A DNA stretch of 64,000 nt from Podarcis melisellensis. Taxonomy: Eukaryota. Position 1 is the stretch's first letter. Each line of letters starts with the position of its first letter. A program made the position numbers and the translations under genes. Shown in pieces: positions 24,214-35,576 of this stretch. The stretch lies in NCBI GenBank assembly GCA_964234715.1, contig OZ174277.1. The stretch is one strand, 5' to 3'. Below the pieces are notes generated by a model. The model was not told the DNA's origin and ran no database searches. It saw nothing but the letters and a program-made list of their open reading frames with translations.

Positions 24214-26226
24214 TATTAATAAAGGTGGTGGTGATGATGATAGCAGTCTTGATACATGTCCAAAGGAGTGTTGTCGGTCCTGTGTTTTTCAAAAAGCAGC
24301 TGTTTGTCTCCTACTATGCCTTATGTCACATGGCAAACATTTTCAAAAACTAAATAAAGGACAGGAGTAATATCCAGCCCCATAAAAGCTAAAGGTTTTG
24401 AGTTAGTCTGCAATGAATAAGCTCCCAAGGCCCTTATTAGTCCTTACTCACCCTGAACAGAAAAGCAATTGTGATAGAGCAACCGGAAAAGCAAATCCTA
24501 AGATATACAGCATTTACACCTTCCTTGTATAGGAAATCCATGAAGTATTGAGATGCTAATCCTTCAACACTGGAAAATGCACACAACTGGCATGGCACAG
24601 GTAATCTATATAAACACACACAGGTAATGAGTTAAACTTGCTAAGGACACATGCACAACAGTTTGCAACAGTCCATTTTTAACTTTAGGATAATAACAAA
24701 AGCTGCAGGGTAATAATAATGGTCTTGGAAACACATTTCTTTGAAATCCTTCTCCAGGAAGGCAATAAACCCCCTGCTGTGACTCAAGGTAAATCACATA
24801 TTTAAAATATTTATTGTAACTGCTATATAAATAATTCCTCCTGTAAATCTAAAGTCAGGGGGTTTTGATGAAAGAAAACAAACCTTTGTCTTCTGGATTT
24901 TCTTAGATAATGGGAAATCTTCCTTCATTTCAAGGGTAATGAAAGAAAAACCAATGTCGAGTTTGAGACATTGGTGTTGATTTGCATTGATTTTTGTTTT
25001 GGAAAATACTTGCAAACATGATTTTTTTTTGGGGGGGGGGTGGAATCACAATATCAAGTCATGCTCTTAGCAAGCAAGGGTGCATACTTTTGTGAGGAAT
25101 ACTTTTCATTAATGTCCCACTTTATTTCTTTTTTTGAAGAAAAAACCTAAAGTTTAACCACAATCATGGTACCCAGAGCAAAGTAGTCCTCCTGGCTTCA
25201 AAGAAATTGTCTACTCAGAAGTAAGTCCTTTTAAATGCAGTGTGGCTTACTTCCAGGTAAGTGGGATAGGGCTGTAGCCTGAGAGTCTTAATGCAATGCT
25301 TTGCTTGTGAATATACACAAAGTTTTGGAAAAATCCACGATCCCATGCATATTTGAGAGCCAATGAGAAGTGCATATAGCCACGGAATGCTACCATAGCA
25401 ACTAAAGGTGTCCAATGCAGTGCACCAAGCAAAGCAAATAATGTGGCCAAATATTAGTTCAGATAACAAGCTGCTTATCATGTTCCATCATGCTGTTATG
25501 AAAACTGGAGTGCTTCTAGAATTGAAATGTGATTTTTCTCTCTCTGGATAAACACATATCATTAAAGATGCATGCATTCTTTGACATCAGCACTTACTTA
25601 TTCATCACTTATTTTGTGTCTTATTATTTCCATCTTCACATGTGTTTGGAAATTATCTGCCACATCTAAGAGCCTAAAGCAAGGATGATAAACTACCAGC
25701 CTGCAGGCCTGATCCAGCCCACCAAATCTTCACCGGTGGCTTGCCCTCGTTGGAGAAAGACTGTGGAGGGTGAGCTGGAGACATAGCACTTTTTGTCCCC
25801 ATTACAGCACTGAAGATGCAAATAAGTTCCCATTCATTGCCTTCTTTGCACCGATCTGATTGATCATCTGGTGCGTGGGGAGCAGGAAAGATGTTCATCT
25901 CCATCAGGGATGTGGTCTCGGCAGAAGGTGTTAATCTCTCTGCCCAAGCCAGTGGCCTGATGGTCATGCAGATCATCCACTTCCCACTCATCAGGCGGAT
26001 CATATATTGAATGGAGATAACTCCCCTTCCCGTGGATCAGATGCAGGGAGGCTGTGTGCCTCTCTCTCTGTGTTGTATATATTTGTTGTGTGTATGAAGT
26101 GCCTATGAGTTAGAGAGGTGTGTGAGTTTAATGGCCACATCTACTGCTGGCAGGCAGCCAATGGAGGACTGGTCAAGGGTGAATGTGGCTTGCTGCAAAT
26201 ATTAAATACTCAATCAATCACTCACT

Positions 26227-26229
<3 letters not shown>

Positions 26230-26307
<78 letters not shown>
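26230..26307. repeat. (CT)n(CA)n compound microsatellite
   Basis: Directly visible. Confidence 0.98.
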
Positions 26308-26309
<2 letters not shown>

Positions 26310-27133
26310 AACTGATTCACAGTTAACAGCAGTTTCTCTCCTATAGATTCTTATGGCTACACTTCTATAATATCTGTAGAGATAGCCAAGCTTTCTGAAG
26401 CTCTCTTCAGTTTGGCCCAAAATTTTCCGCAACTGTAAAAACTCCAAAACAATTTTCAAGCTAAACTGAGGGGTCAGAGTGATGCCCCCCCAGCCCCTTC
26501 ACAAACTTCTACTACCTGAAAGCCTGCCAAGCCCCCCTGCCATCCCCCAAACACAGGGCTGCTATTTTCCTGGACATTACTGGGATAATCAAAGGCGGAA
26601 TTGATGTCTGGGGGAATTTCCGAAAGGCGGCACTTTGACCTGGATCTTAGCCAAATCATTTGAAAAAGAGCTCAACAACTTTGAGGGTGTCCTGGTTTTT
26701 ACTTTGTGAAGTATGACAACCCTACCCAAACACACACACTTCACTTTCCTTTGTGGTGACAGGAACAGCAAATGCATGTGGGGAGAAGGAAGACTACATC
26801 TCCCATGGTCCATTTTGTTCCATCATGTCATTAGTCAGTGTAAAGGAGCAATGAAGAAGAGAATTAAAAACAAAACCCTCTGCATTTACTCAGTGCTTTT
26901 TTTTTCTTTAAAAAAATGTTTAGTGGTACTTTCATTTTCCTACGCATATTGAAATACTGCCCCTCAATGAGGCCAAGCTTAGATTCACAAAATGTTTAGG
27001 GGATTGCATACCCTTGCGTCTCCCCAGAAAAAAGCAGTGCTTTTATCCATTGTGTGGCTTCACTGCTGTTCCCACCACCAACGTCAGGGGGAAAGAAGCA
27101 GTGAATATCTTTGGGGTGTGTGTGGCATGATTT

Positions 27134-27730
27134 TGTGGGATGTAAACACAGGAGCAGTCAATGACAACATTCCTAGAGTGTACATGTTAGAACATGGGGA
27201 GGGATGTCAGTCCAGCAAGCAGGTAAACTTCCTGGGGACGGACTTCCTCCGCATGTGACCAGAGGTGGGTGTGGCCTCACCTGTGCAGGTAAATGATAAA
27301 AGCACAGGGCAGGCAGCCACTCTCTCTCTCTCTGCCATCTTCCTTCGATGAGGAAACATCTAAGGATGCTCTCTTGGCTCCCAGCCAAGAGAGGAGATAA
27401 GGACTATCTTCACATAAGATAGATTCTGAATGTATGTAACCTTTTTAAGCTGTCTGCCTTCTGGGATCATATTGTGAACAGAACGTGAGTAAACTCTTTT
27501 ATAATTTCATAAAGACTGTGTCGTGTCTTGTATTTTAAGAGGGAACAAAAGGGGAAATTACCAGAGTAATTATTATAGAGGTTCTAGCGAACCTGTGCAG
27601 ACGTTACCGTTGCGAACTTAAAGGGGAATGTTTATAAACTCTGCTGATATTTTGGAAACTTGTTAGCACAAGTTGGATAAGGATATAATCAGTCAATATA
27701 TCCTCTCCTGCACCCCTGAACATTCCCACA
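27134..27730 (+). mobile_element. Solo LTR (~597 bp)
   Basis: TGTGGGA...TCCCACA termini with a 5-bp TSD GATTT (27129-27133 / 27731-27735); TATA-like GATAAAA (~27296) and AGTAAA polyA-like signal (~27488). Confidence 0.75.
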
Positions 27731-29071
27731 GATTTTATGGGACAGGGAAGGTGGAAGCAAAAGGCAACAGGAAGCTGGGACCTCTTCTTGTTCTTGGATA
27801 TTGAGCAGAGCAGAAATCGAGGACTTGCCAAACCTGCCTCTCCTTTTGCAGAAGTTTTACAGGTCCCTAAAGTTCATTTCCAAGCCAAAGTTCAGAAAAC
27901 GTATTTGGCATCTCTAAATAGGAATACGTACCCATGCAGACATGTTGTGGGCGGAGGGTCAATATGTGATCCCTTTCCAGGTGATGCTTGCTGGCAGATT
28001 CTGAAAAGTAGACTCCTTATGCAATTAATGGTGGTGGTTGGGGCGAGGTGCTTGCATGTGTGCAGGGCTGAAATAATTTGTGTAAACAAGTGCTTAGCGG
28101 TTTAGTCAGCTCTTCCAGATTAAAACTGCACATTGTGGTCATTCCAAACTTTGCATTGCCTTCAACAGTTTCATTGCATTTGCTGCTCCAGGAACTTTTG
28201 CCTTGGAGTCGCAAGCCTACGCTTCGCTTGCGGCTAGAAATGGCTTCAAACAGCCTTCAGCGGGGCTTTGCACTGGGAACACCTTGCTGGACCTGCCTCA
28301 CATAATAAGATCTCCCTCTCCCACCAGCTTAATTAACCTCTCTTCACCCCCTCCTCCTGCACTCGCAACCACTGTGGAAATTTAGATTCTTTATCTGCAA
28401 GCATGCACTGAAAACGGAGGAGGGCAAAATCCCACCCTTTCCCACGCTTCAGCTGTGTGGGTGACAGGGCAGTTTAAAGTGCATTAAAGGGTAATTAATG
28501 TACATTGCATCCTCTGGAAGAAGAGTCCTTTGACTCCTTCTGGCTTCTCCAGCTCCCCTGAGTTCATCTAGGTTCACACCATTTACTTCTACTCTTGCTA
28601 GGTGACTCGTTATCCTTGGCACCCTTCCCCCCCCTCTTGCTGAAGCACACGGTTTTATCTACTGTCTGGCAAGATACCTTCAAAATGATTCAGTGGGACT
28701 CCTGTAATGAGCTTACAGTGTTTCCCCAGCATTCCTTAAAGTTACAGGCACTGCTGCACCTGGAAAGAAAATGCCATACCTTTAAAAGTACTGTATTACT
28801 TGACTTTGGAAAAAGAAAGGCTTACAAAATTGAACCATTTTAATCTAGAAAGAAAGAAAAAGAAGCAACTGGGCGAGGAGTTTTATAAAGTTGTGAACAG
28901 TGTGGAGAAGTTGAACAAAAGGAATGCATTTGATATCATCCCAGGAAATTAATGGCTAGTGTATAGAGGACACACACGGCATAATTTATGCCTGTAGTTT
29001 GTTTCATATGAAGATGAAGGCATGGCCACTGCTTCTGTATTTCAGGTGGACTTTAACAAGGGACTACAGTC

Positions 29072-29319
29072 CAGGGGTCAGCAAACTTTTTCAGCAGGGG
29101 ACCGGTCCACTGTCCCTCAGACCTTGTGGGGGCCGGGCTATATTACAAAAAAAATATGAACGAATTCCTATGCCCCACAAATAACGCAGAGATGCATTTT
29201 AAATAAAAGCACGCATTCTATTCATGTAAAATCAGGCTTATTCCTGGACCGTCCGTGGACCGGATTTAGAAGGCAATTGGGCCAGATCCGTCCCCTGGGC
29301 CTTAGGTTGCCTACTCATG
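29072..29319. mobile_element. Non-autonomous hAT element
   Basis: CAGGGGTCAGCAAACT start, GGGCCGG/GGACCGG subterminal motifs and a ...GTTGCCTACTCATG end. Confidence 0.75.
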
Positions 29320-30150
29320 GACCACACAAAGCCTTGGAAGAAATTATCATCTGTAGCTAGTAAAATGGCATAGAACTTTACAAAAAGGGTGTGTGTGGAA
29401 TAATAAGCTGATTTCATGCTTTCTGTTTTTGGTTTGTCTTTTTTGTAATGTCTAAATGGGTGTCCACATTACACATTTAAATAACATTTAGTGTACATTG
29501 CTTTCCCCAAGTAATGCTGAGAAGTAATGTTAAGGTTGCTGTGAATTGCTCTGGTTCCCAGGACTCTTTGGGGAAGCCATGTCATTTGAATGCATGGTAT
29601 GGATGTGACCTCTATCAAGTCCAGCTAAAACAAGTTTAGCCCATTGTCAAGTGTGCAAGCTCCTGATAGGAATACATCTCATACACCGGACTGTAGGGAG
29701 AGATTAAAAAACAAACTTCAGACATATACTAAAAGGCATGTAGAGAAAAGTGGGTGTAGATCATTTGTTATGACTCTAATGACTCGGTGATTTTTGTATG
29801 ACCACTCATCCCATGGAAAAGTGTGAGGATGGATGAAATTTGAGGAATGCATGAATTTTAAGACTTTGTGGGGCTTACCTCTAAATATGGGGTGTCAGAT
29901 TATTTTTCTTGTTCTTTTCTCTTTTTCTAAATGAAAAGAAGTGACATAACTGTCCCCAGCCACGCTGTGAGTCTGAATGCCTGGTGAACTACGCTGCATC
30001 ATCACGACACAGCATTCCAAGGGGCGTGATCCACACAGTCATCTTTTTCTTCTTGTGATTGCCCCTTGGAATGAGGCAAAATCATGATACAGCACAATCC
30101 TTGGGGCGTTTTCTTGAAGGATGCACCCAGTATCACCGAAGCCACGACTC

Positions 30151-30407
30151 AAGAAGAAGAAGAAGAAGAGTTTGGATTTGATATCCCACTTTATCACTAC
30201 CCGAAGGAGTCTCAAAGCGGCTAACATTCTCCTTTCCCTTCCTCCCCCACAACAAACACTCTGTGAGGTGAGTAGGGCTGAGAGACTTCAGAGAAGTGTG
30301 ACTGGCCCAAGGTCACCCAGCAGCTGCATGTGGAGGAGCGAAGACGCGAACCCGGCTCCCCAGATTACGAGTCTATCGCTCTTAACCACTACACCACACT
30401 GGCTCTC
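30151..30407 (-). mobile_element. Squam3B-type SINE (young)
   Basis: GAGAGCCAGTGTGGTGTAGTGGTTAAGAG head (A/B boxes), L2-like tail and (CTT)n end; near-identical to 32646-32881. Confidence 0.92.
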
Positions 30408-31439
30408 AAAGGGGGAGAAAGGGGAAGCTCTCAAAGGGGAAGCAAGGCTTTCCACCCCACCCTACCCCATAAAATAGAGAGAGATTGCATGCAAAGAAGG
30501 TAAGAAAACCTCAGTCACCTTGGTTTTTAAGGTAAGACCCTTCCTTCAAATTTCATAAAATTTGGCCATCCAACAAAGATCATTACACTACTTGGAGATA
30601 GTTTCTCCCTCCCCCAATGACAGTTGAGAAATATAGCTGGACCTGGTCCTCACTGTAGATTCAGAGAATGTTGTGCTATTTTTCCTGGATTTAATGCCAC
30701 TGCTTCTGTCCCTTTTCTAACGCTCCTTTCACACTGCAGTGCCTATCATGTTGTATAACAGTGGATTTTTGACCTCTATACCGGCAAGTCATGCTACATT
30801 TCGTTCACATCAGTGGGCATGGTGTGACAAAACAATGAACATCATTTAACAATGTTGCTACTCCCCCACCCTCTCCACTTCTGTTTTCCCAAGTTTCACC
30901 CATGAAAACAGCAGGAAGAACTGTATGTCAGAATACTGCCTCAAATTGTGTCCCTTTACTCCAGGTTAAGGAGGCTGCAAACAGATTTCTTCTGGGACCC
31001 GGCAGCATGGAAATGAACACTAAACTTGTTCTTTATATTCCGTTGGTTTTCCAGAAGTGGTCTTTGCATCATGCGAAAGCTCAAATATAATGTGGAAATT
31101 AACAGGGAACTATCAAGAAAGAGAATATACTACTGTGTGAATGCAGCCTGTGGCAGACAGCTATTTGTTACTACTACTACTACTAGGACTACTATGTGTT
31201 TGTCCACACTAGTTTTATATGGCAATAGAAGAGCAGGTGATGCAAGTTTGTTACCAAAATTACTGAGCACATTGACATGAAATTCCATAACTGTCCAGTT
31301 TATTATTGGCATTTCTTCTGAATGCCTTCTAATGTCTACTGAAAGAAACGGCATTGGAAAAGAACAAAAGGACAGTGCCAATCAATCAAAAACAGCAACA
31401 AGCAAATAGAAGACAGGACACAAATGCCACACAATGCAT

Positions 31440-31650
31440 ATGATTTATTGCAAAAATATTAAACTCTTGTTTTTTATATAAAAAAAATCTCATAAGCTCT
31501 CCTTCAGGGAAATGATTGCTTTCATTATTATTCCATAGCTTCCCTGAAGAAGAGCCTAGGCTCAAAACACATTGGGATTTGTGGGGGTTTTATGAGTGGT
31601 TCACATACGAAAGTTCTATGAAATTTTAATAATTTTGTGATAAATCCACA
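31440..31650. mobile_element. Penelope-like/retrozyme-type inverted terminal repeats with decayed hammerhead ribozyme cores
   Basis: TCC-CTGAAGA-A-GAGCCTAGGCTC-AAAACACATT-GGGA at 31541-31577; inverted partial copy ending at 31510. Confidence 0.6.
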
Positions 31651-32006
31651 ACCACAGCATCTTTAGCTTTTCTTCCTTTACAGGGATTTGGAAACTTGAG
31701 GACTGCGGTCATTTCTCTCTCTCTCTCTCTCCACATACCATCAACAGGTTTGTCAGCTTCAGGAGAAATGATGGCAGAAGCCAACACAGAGTTAAGTGCA
31801 TTCAGTGGCCACCCAAATTATTTTGCGGCAAAGATGAAGCCAAATGGTTCCCCCCACCCAGCTGAGAAAGTAAGGGGGGGAAAGGACAGGGTTCCCACAC
31901 CTTGTCTTGCAAGCTACACCTGCTGGAACCCCCTTTTCTGTGAAAAACTAAAGGTGCAAGAGCCCTCTCCTCTTTTCCAACTGCCCACTCTAGCCTTAAC
32001 ATAAAC

Positions 32007-32255
32007 CAGTGGTGGCTGGTATCCAGTGAGACTGGTGGAGGGGAAAGCAGAAAGTCCTACTGTCAGTGGAGCAAGAGCCATGTGATGCTACTTTGCCCTC
32101 ATCCTCTTCCCTGCTGAGTTCTACAGTGACAGCACTGAGACTAAGGAGGAGGAGTGGCCAAACCAGGGCCATTTGCTGGACTGGATTTAAGTAAGAAGGC
32201 AGACCAGTGGGAGCTGGCTGCAATTGGTGGGGCAATGCCTCATTTGCCACCACTG
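32007..32255. mobile_element. Non-autonomous DNA transposon (hAT-like)
   Basis: TIRs CAGTGGTGGC...GCCACCACTG; degenerate 8-bp flanks. Confidence 0.65.
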
Positions 32256-32309
32256 GCATGAGCTAAAACTCATTGTTGTTAATTATTTCATTGGAAGAAA
32301 GGAGAGGAG

Positions 32310-32950
32310 AGGAGTTCCATAGTTAAACTGTGGAACTTGCTCCCACATGAGGCAGTGATGGCCGCCAACTTGGATGGCTTTAAAAGAGTATTAGACAAAT
32401 TCATGGAGGAGAGGGCTATCACAGGCTACCCGTAATGATGAATAGGCTCTGCCTGAAATTTCAGATGCATCATGACTGTGAGCACCAGTTTCTGGGATTC
32501 ACAGTTGGGCTGTTGTGCTCACATCCAGCTTGAAGGCTTCCCAAAGGCAGCCATAGAAGAAGAAGAAGAAGAAGAAGAAGAAGAAGAAGAAGAAGAAGAA
32601 GAAGAAGAAGAAGAAGAAGAAGAAGAATAGTAGTAGTAGTAGTAGTTTGGATTTGATATCCCACCTTTCACTCCCTTTAAGGAGTCTCAAAGCGGCTAAC
32701 ATTCTCCTTTCCCTTCCTCCCCCACAACAAACACTTTGTGAGGTGAGTGGAGCTGAGAGACATCAGAGAAGTGTGACTGGCCCAAGGTCACCCAGCAGCT
32801 GCATGTGGAGGAGCGGAGACGCGAACCCGGTTCCCCAGATTACGAGTCCACTGCTCTTAACCACTACACCACACTGGCTCTTGTAAGAACAGGATGCTGG
32901 ACTAAATAGGCTGTTGGCCTGTTCCAGAAGGCTCACATTACACCCTTACG
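32310..32950 (+). mobile_element. CR1 3' end interrupted by a Squam3B SINE
   Basis: VKLWNLLPHEAVMAANLDGFKRVLDKFMEER coding end plus a 3'UTR that resumes after 32881 (GAACAGGATGCTGGACTA). Confidence 0.85.
32555..32881 (-). mobile_element. Squam3B-type SINE with expanded (CTA)n(CTT)n tail
   Basis: Same family as 30151-30407; the tail is (GAA)n then (TAG)n on the + strand. Confidence 0.92.
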
Positions 32951-35429
32951 CTGCTTTCCTGTGAATCTGCTAAAGCTGCGATCCTAGGCCAGAACACAGC
33001 AGAAAGCCCAAAGAAGAGATGGCTCACTGCAACCTGCAGTGAAATACGAGACTACAATGTCTTGTTTTCTCCTCTGTTGTTAGATATTAATAAATTGCAA
33101 AACTCCCTTCCTCCTTAAAGATGACAAGACAACACTTCCCCCAAAATTGTGCCTGGAAATACACATGAATTGCAAACTGTAGAAAGCAAATGGTGCTCTT
33201 TGCAATTCCTCTGTGATGTGCAACTTAAGGCTATATTTTTTAGACAAAAAGCTATGATTACTATGAATCCTCATGGCTACACATAAAAATAAAAAAGGGG
33301 GAATTGAAAATCAGTGACATTGTTCTGTGACCATTGCCTTGAATGGCTCTTTCAGGCAGCAGCCATAATTTCCCGGGACTTCCAGGAGGAAAAAATAGGA
33401 GTATCTTGAAGGCCAAAAAGTCATTGTGACTTGAAATTTGGTGACCATGAAGATATAGAAAATAACTTTAAAAGAGCAAGGGGGAGTTGCCCAAGAACCT
33501 CTTTACCATGGCTTTTGACACCTGAGATGTATATTTTGAGGACCCACTTTATTTTTGTGATTGTATGTGAAGTCATTGGGCTATTGAAGTCCACATTTCC
33601 TTGTTTCCCTCCTCTTCATTTCTATTATCCACTCAGGCTATCCTCCACTGTATTATAGGTTTTTACCAGTCACTTCAGGCCCGAGTAAGAATTTTAAATC
33701 TGCCCATGCATTGGCCTTAGTGGGATGATTTTGTGCACTGGGGACATTTCAAAGTTAGGTGGAGGGGATTGCTAACTGGGCTGATCTGGTCACATTTGAA
33801 CAGGAAGGTGTAGTAGATGATGGTAGTTGTTCTGTAGAGCTAACACCCTTAGGCAACCTTTAAGGTGATGGATGGTTAAAGAGGCCAGCGCTTTGGGGTT
33901 ATGTGACAAGGGGGGCTGGATATGGACCACCTTTGAGGCTTATCTCACCCATTTCAAGTTGTGGGGCCCCGGAAAGGTGGGGTCAAGTAAGCCTTTCTAC
34001 TCACTTTAATGGTGGAGATAGAACAAATGGTGTTGTTACGTCTTGCCCAATGCAGGTTAGCTCCCCCAAGAGATTCAGATCTGCTTGCTCCTGCACTGCT
34101 TTCCCTTCTACAGACAGGTAATTAATGAAATGTGGTCCCAGCACAACCCAGACATGTCTCATCCCTTTTCACCCGTTCCAGTTGCATATTCTAATTACAA
34201 AAACACAGATTCATATGAAGGTATTAATATTCTACAGTTGCTGTTCTGGACACACTTCAGGTTATGCTGAGGTACCCTTCCCTCTAAATGTTGCTGAGAC
34301 TTGAACACTCATCAGCCCCAGGCAGCATCACATAATGGTCAGGGATTATGGGAGTTGTAGTCCAATGAGAACTGTAGAGCCATTCCTGATTTAACGCATT
34401 GTCTCCAGCTCTTTGAATCTGAGGTGCTTTAGCAAACAATTATTCCATTAATGGTCAATTTCAGCATCTTTATTCATTTGCTTTCCATTATTGAACTGAC
34501 AAAACAAACCTCTTTAGACTCACCACATTTGTATTGTAAAAAAATAATTCTCAGGACTTCACACAAGTTTTTGAAACAAATCAAAAGTGTGGTTTATTTC
34601 CTATTGTGTAACAATTTAAAAAGATTATGTTCTGTGTCCCAGGAACCATACCCAATGCCGAAAAGCTTGCAATAAAAAAAATAATGTGGCAGCTTTCAAA
34701 ATTGCATTGTCTTAATCAAAACTTTTGTTCCTGTAACATCATCATATTTTGAAAAGTATGTCATTCACTTTCCATTCCCAAAGAGAGAATTACATGTTTC
34801 TGTCTTACAGAGAAACTTTAAACTTGACAGAAGATTAATAAAAGGAAGAGTACTTGAAATACCAAGCAACAATAAAATGCAGGTTCCTAATTCCTTATTT
34901 TGCATTGCCCTCAATGAGCACTTTTGTCTGCTACAAAATCGAGTCCAGAGATTATTGCCATCCCACAACCAATGCCAAGGTCCATCAATCCATACAAAAA
35001 GAAGCATGATGAGTTTGGTCAATGGAGTGTCGGGAGCAGATTGATGAACGAATTCAGTTCCCTCAAAATAACACTGTTCCTCCTACCTTACCACAAATTC
35101 CCAATATGGTACTTTTGCTTAAATGGATGTCTTTCCCTTGAAACTAACTGCAGGGATTTATGGTAGTGTGTATGAGTCTGGTGAAGGCTATTAAGAAAAA
35201 TAATTCTGCTGCCACATTCTTCTGACAAAACGTTGCATTGCAAGTAGATTCAGAAAACTGTAAGTCATGGTGCAACTTCTTGAAAGTTTTTGTGGTGCCT
35301 GTTATAATGTGAGGCGGTGGTTGGCCATAGACTTTGACTACACATTTAGGTCCAATGTTATTTCCATAATTCCAAGGATCACCAAAAGGCTGGTAATGCT
35401 GGACTTAACAGTGCTAGAAGACTATAGAT

Positions 35430-35576
35430 CAGCCACCCCCAAACTTGGCCCTCCAGATGTTTTGGGACTACAACTCCCATCACCCCTAGTTAACAGGACC
35501 AGTGGTCAGGGATGAATTGGGAATTTTGGGAATTGTAGTCCCAAAACATCTGGAGGGCCAAGTTTGGGGATTCCTG
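35430..35576. mobile_element. Palindromic hAT MITE
   Basis: Perfect 8-bp TSD CTATAGAT; same internal arms as 3528-3657. Confidence 0.9.

Noticed and set aside
33250-35050. Possible very old LINE or transposase coding remnants
   Set aside because: I could not recover convincing motifs by eye; a translated search is needed.
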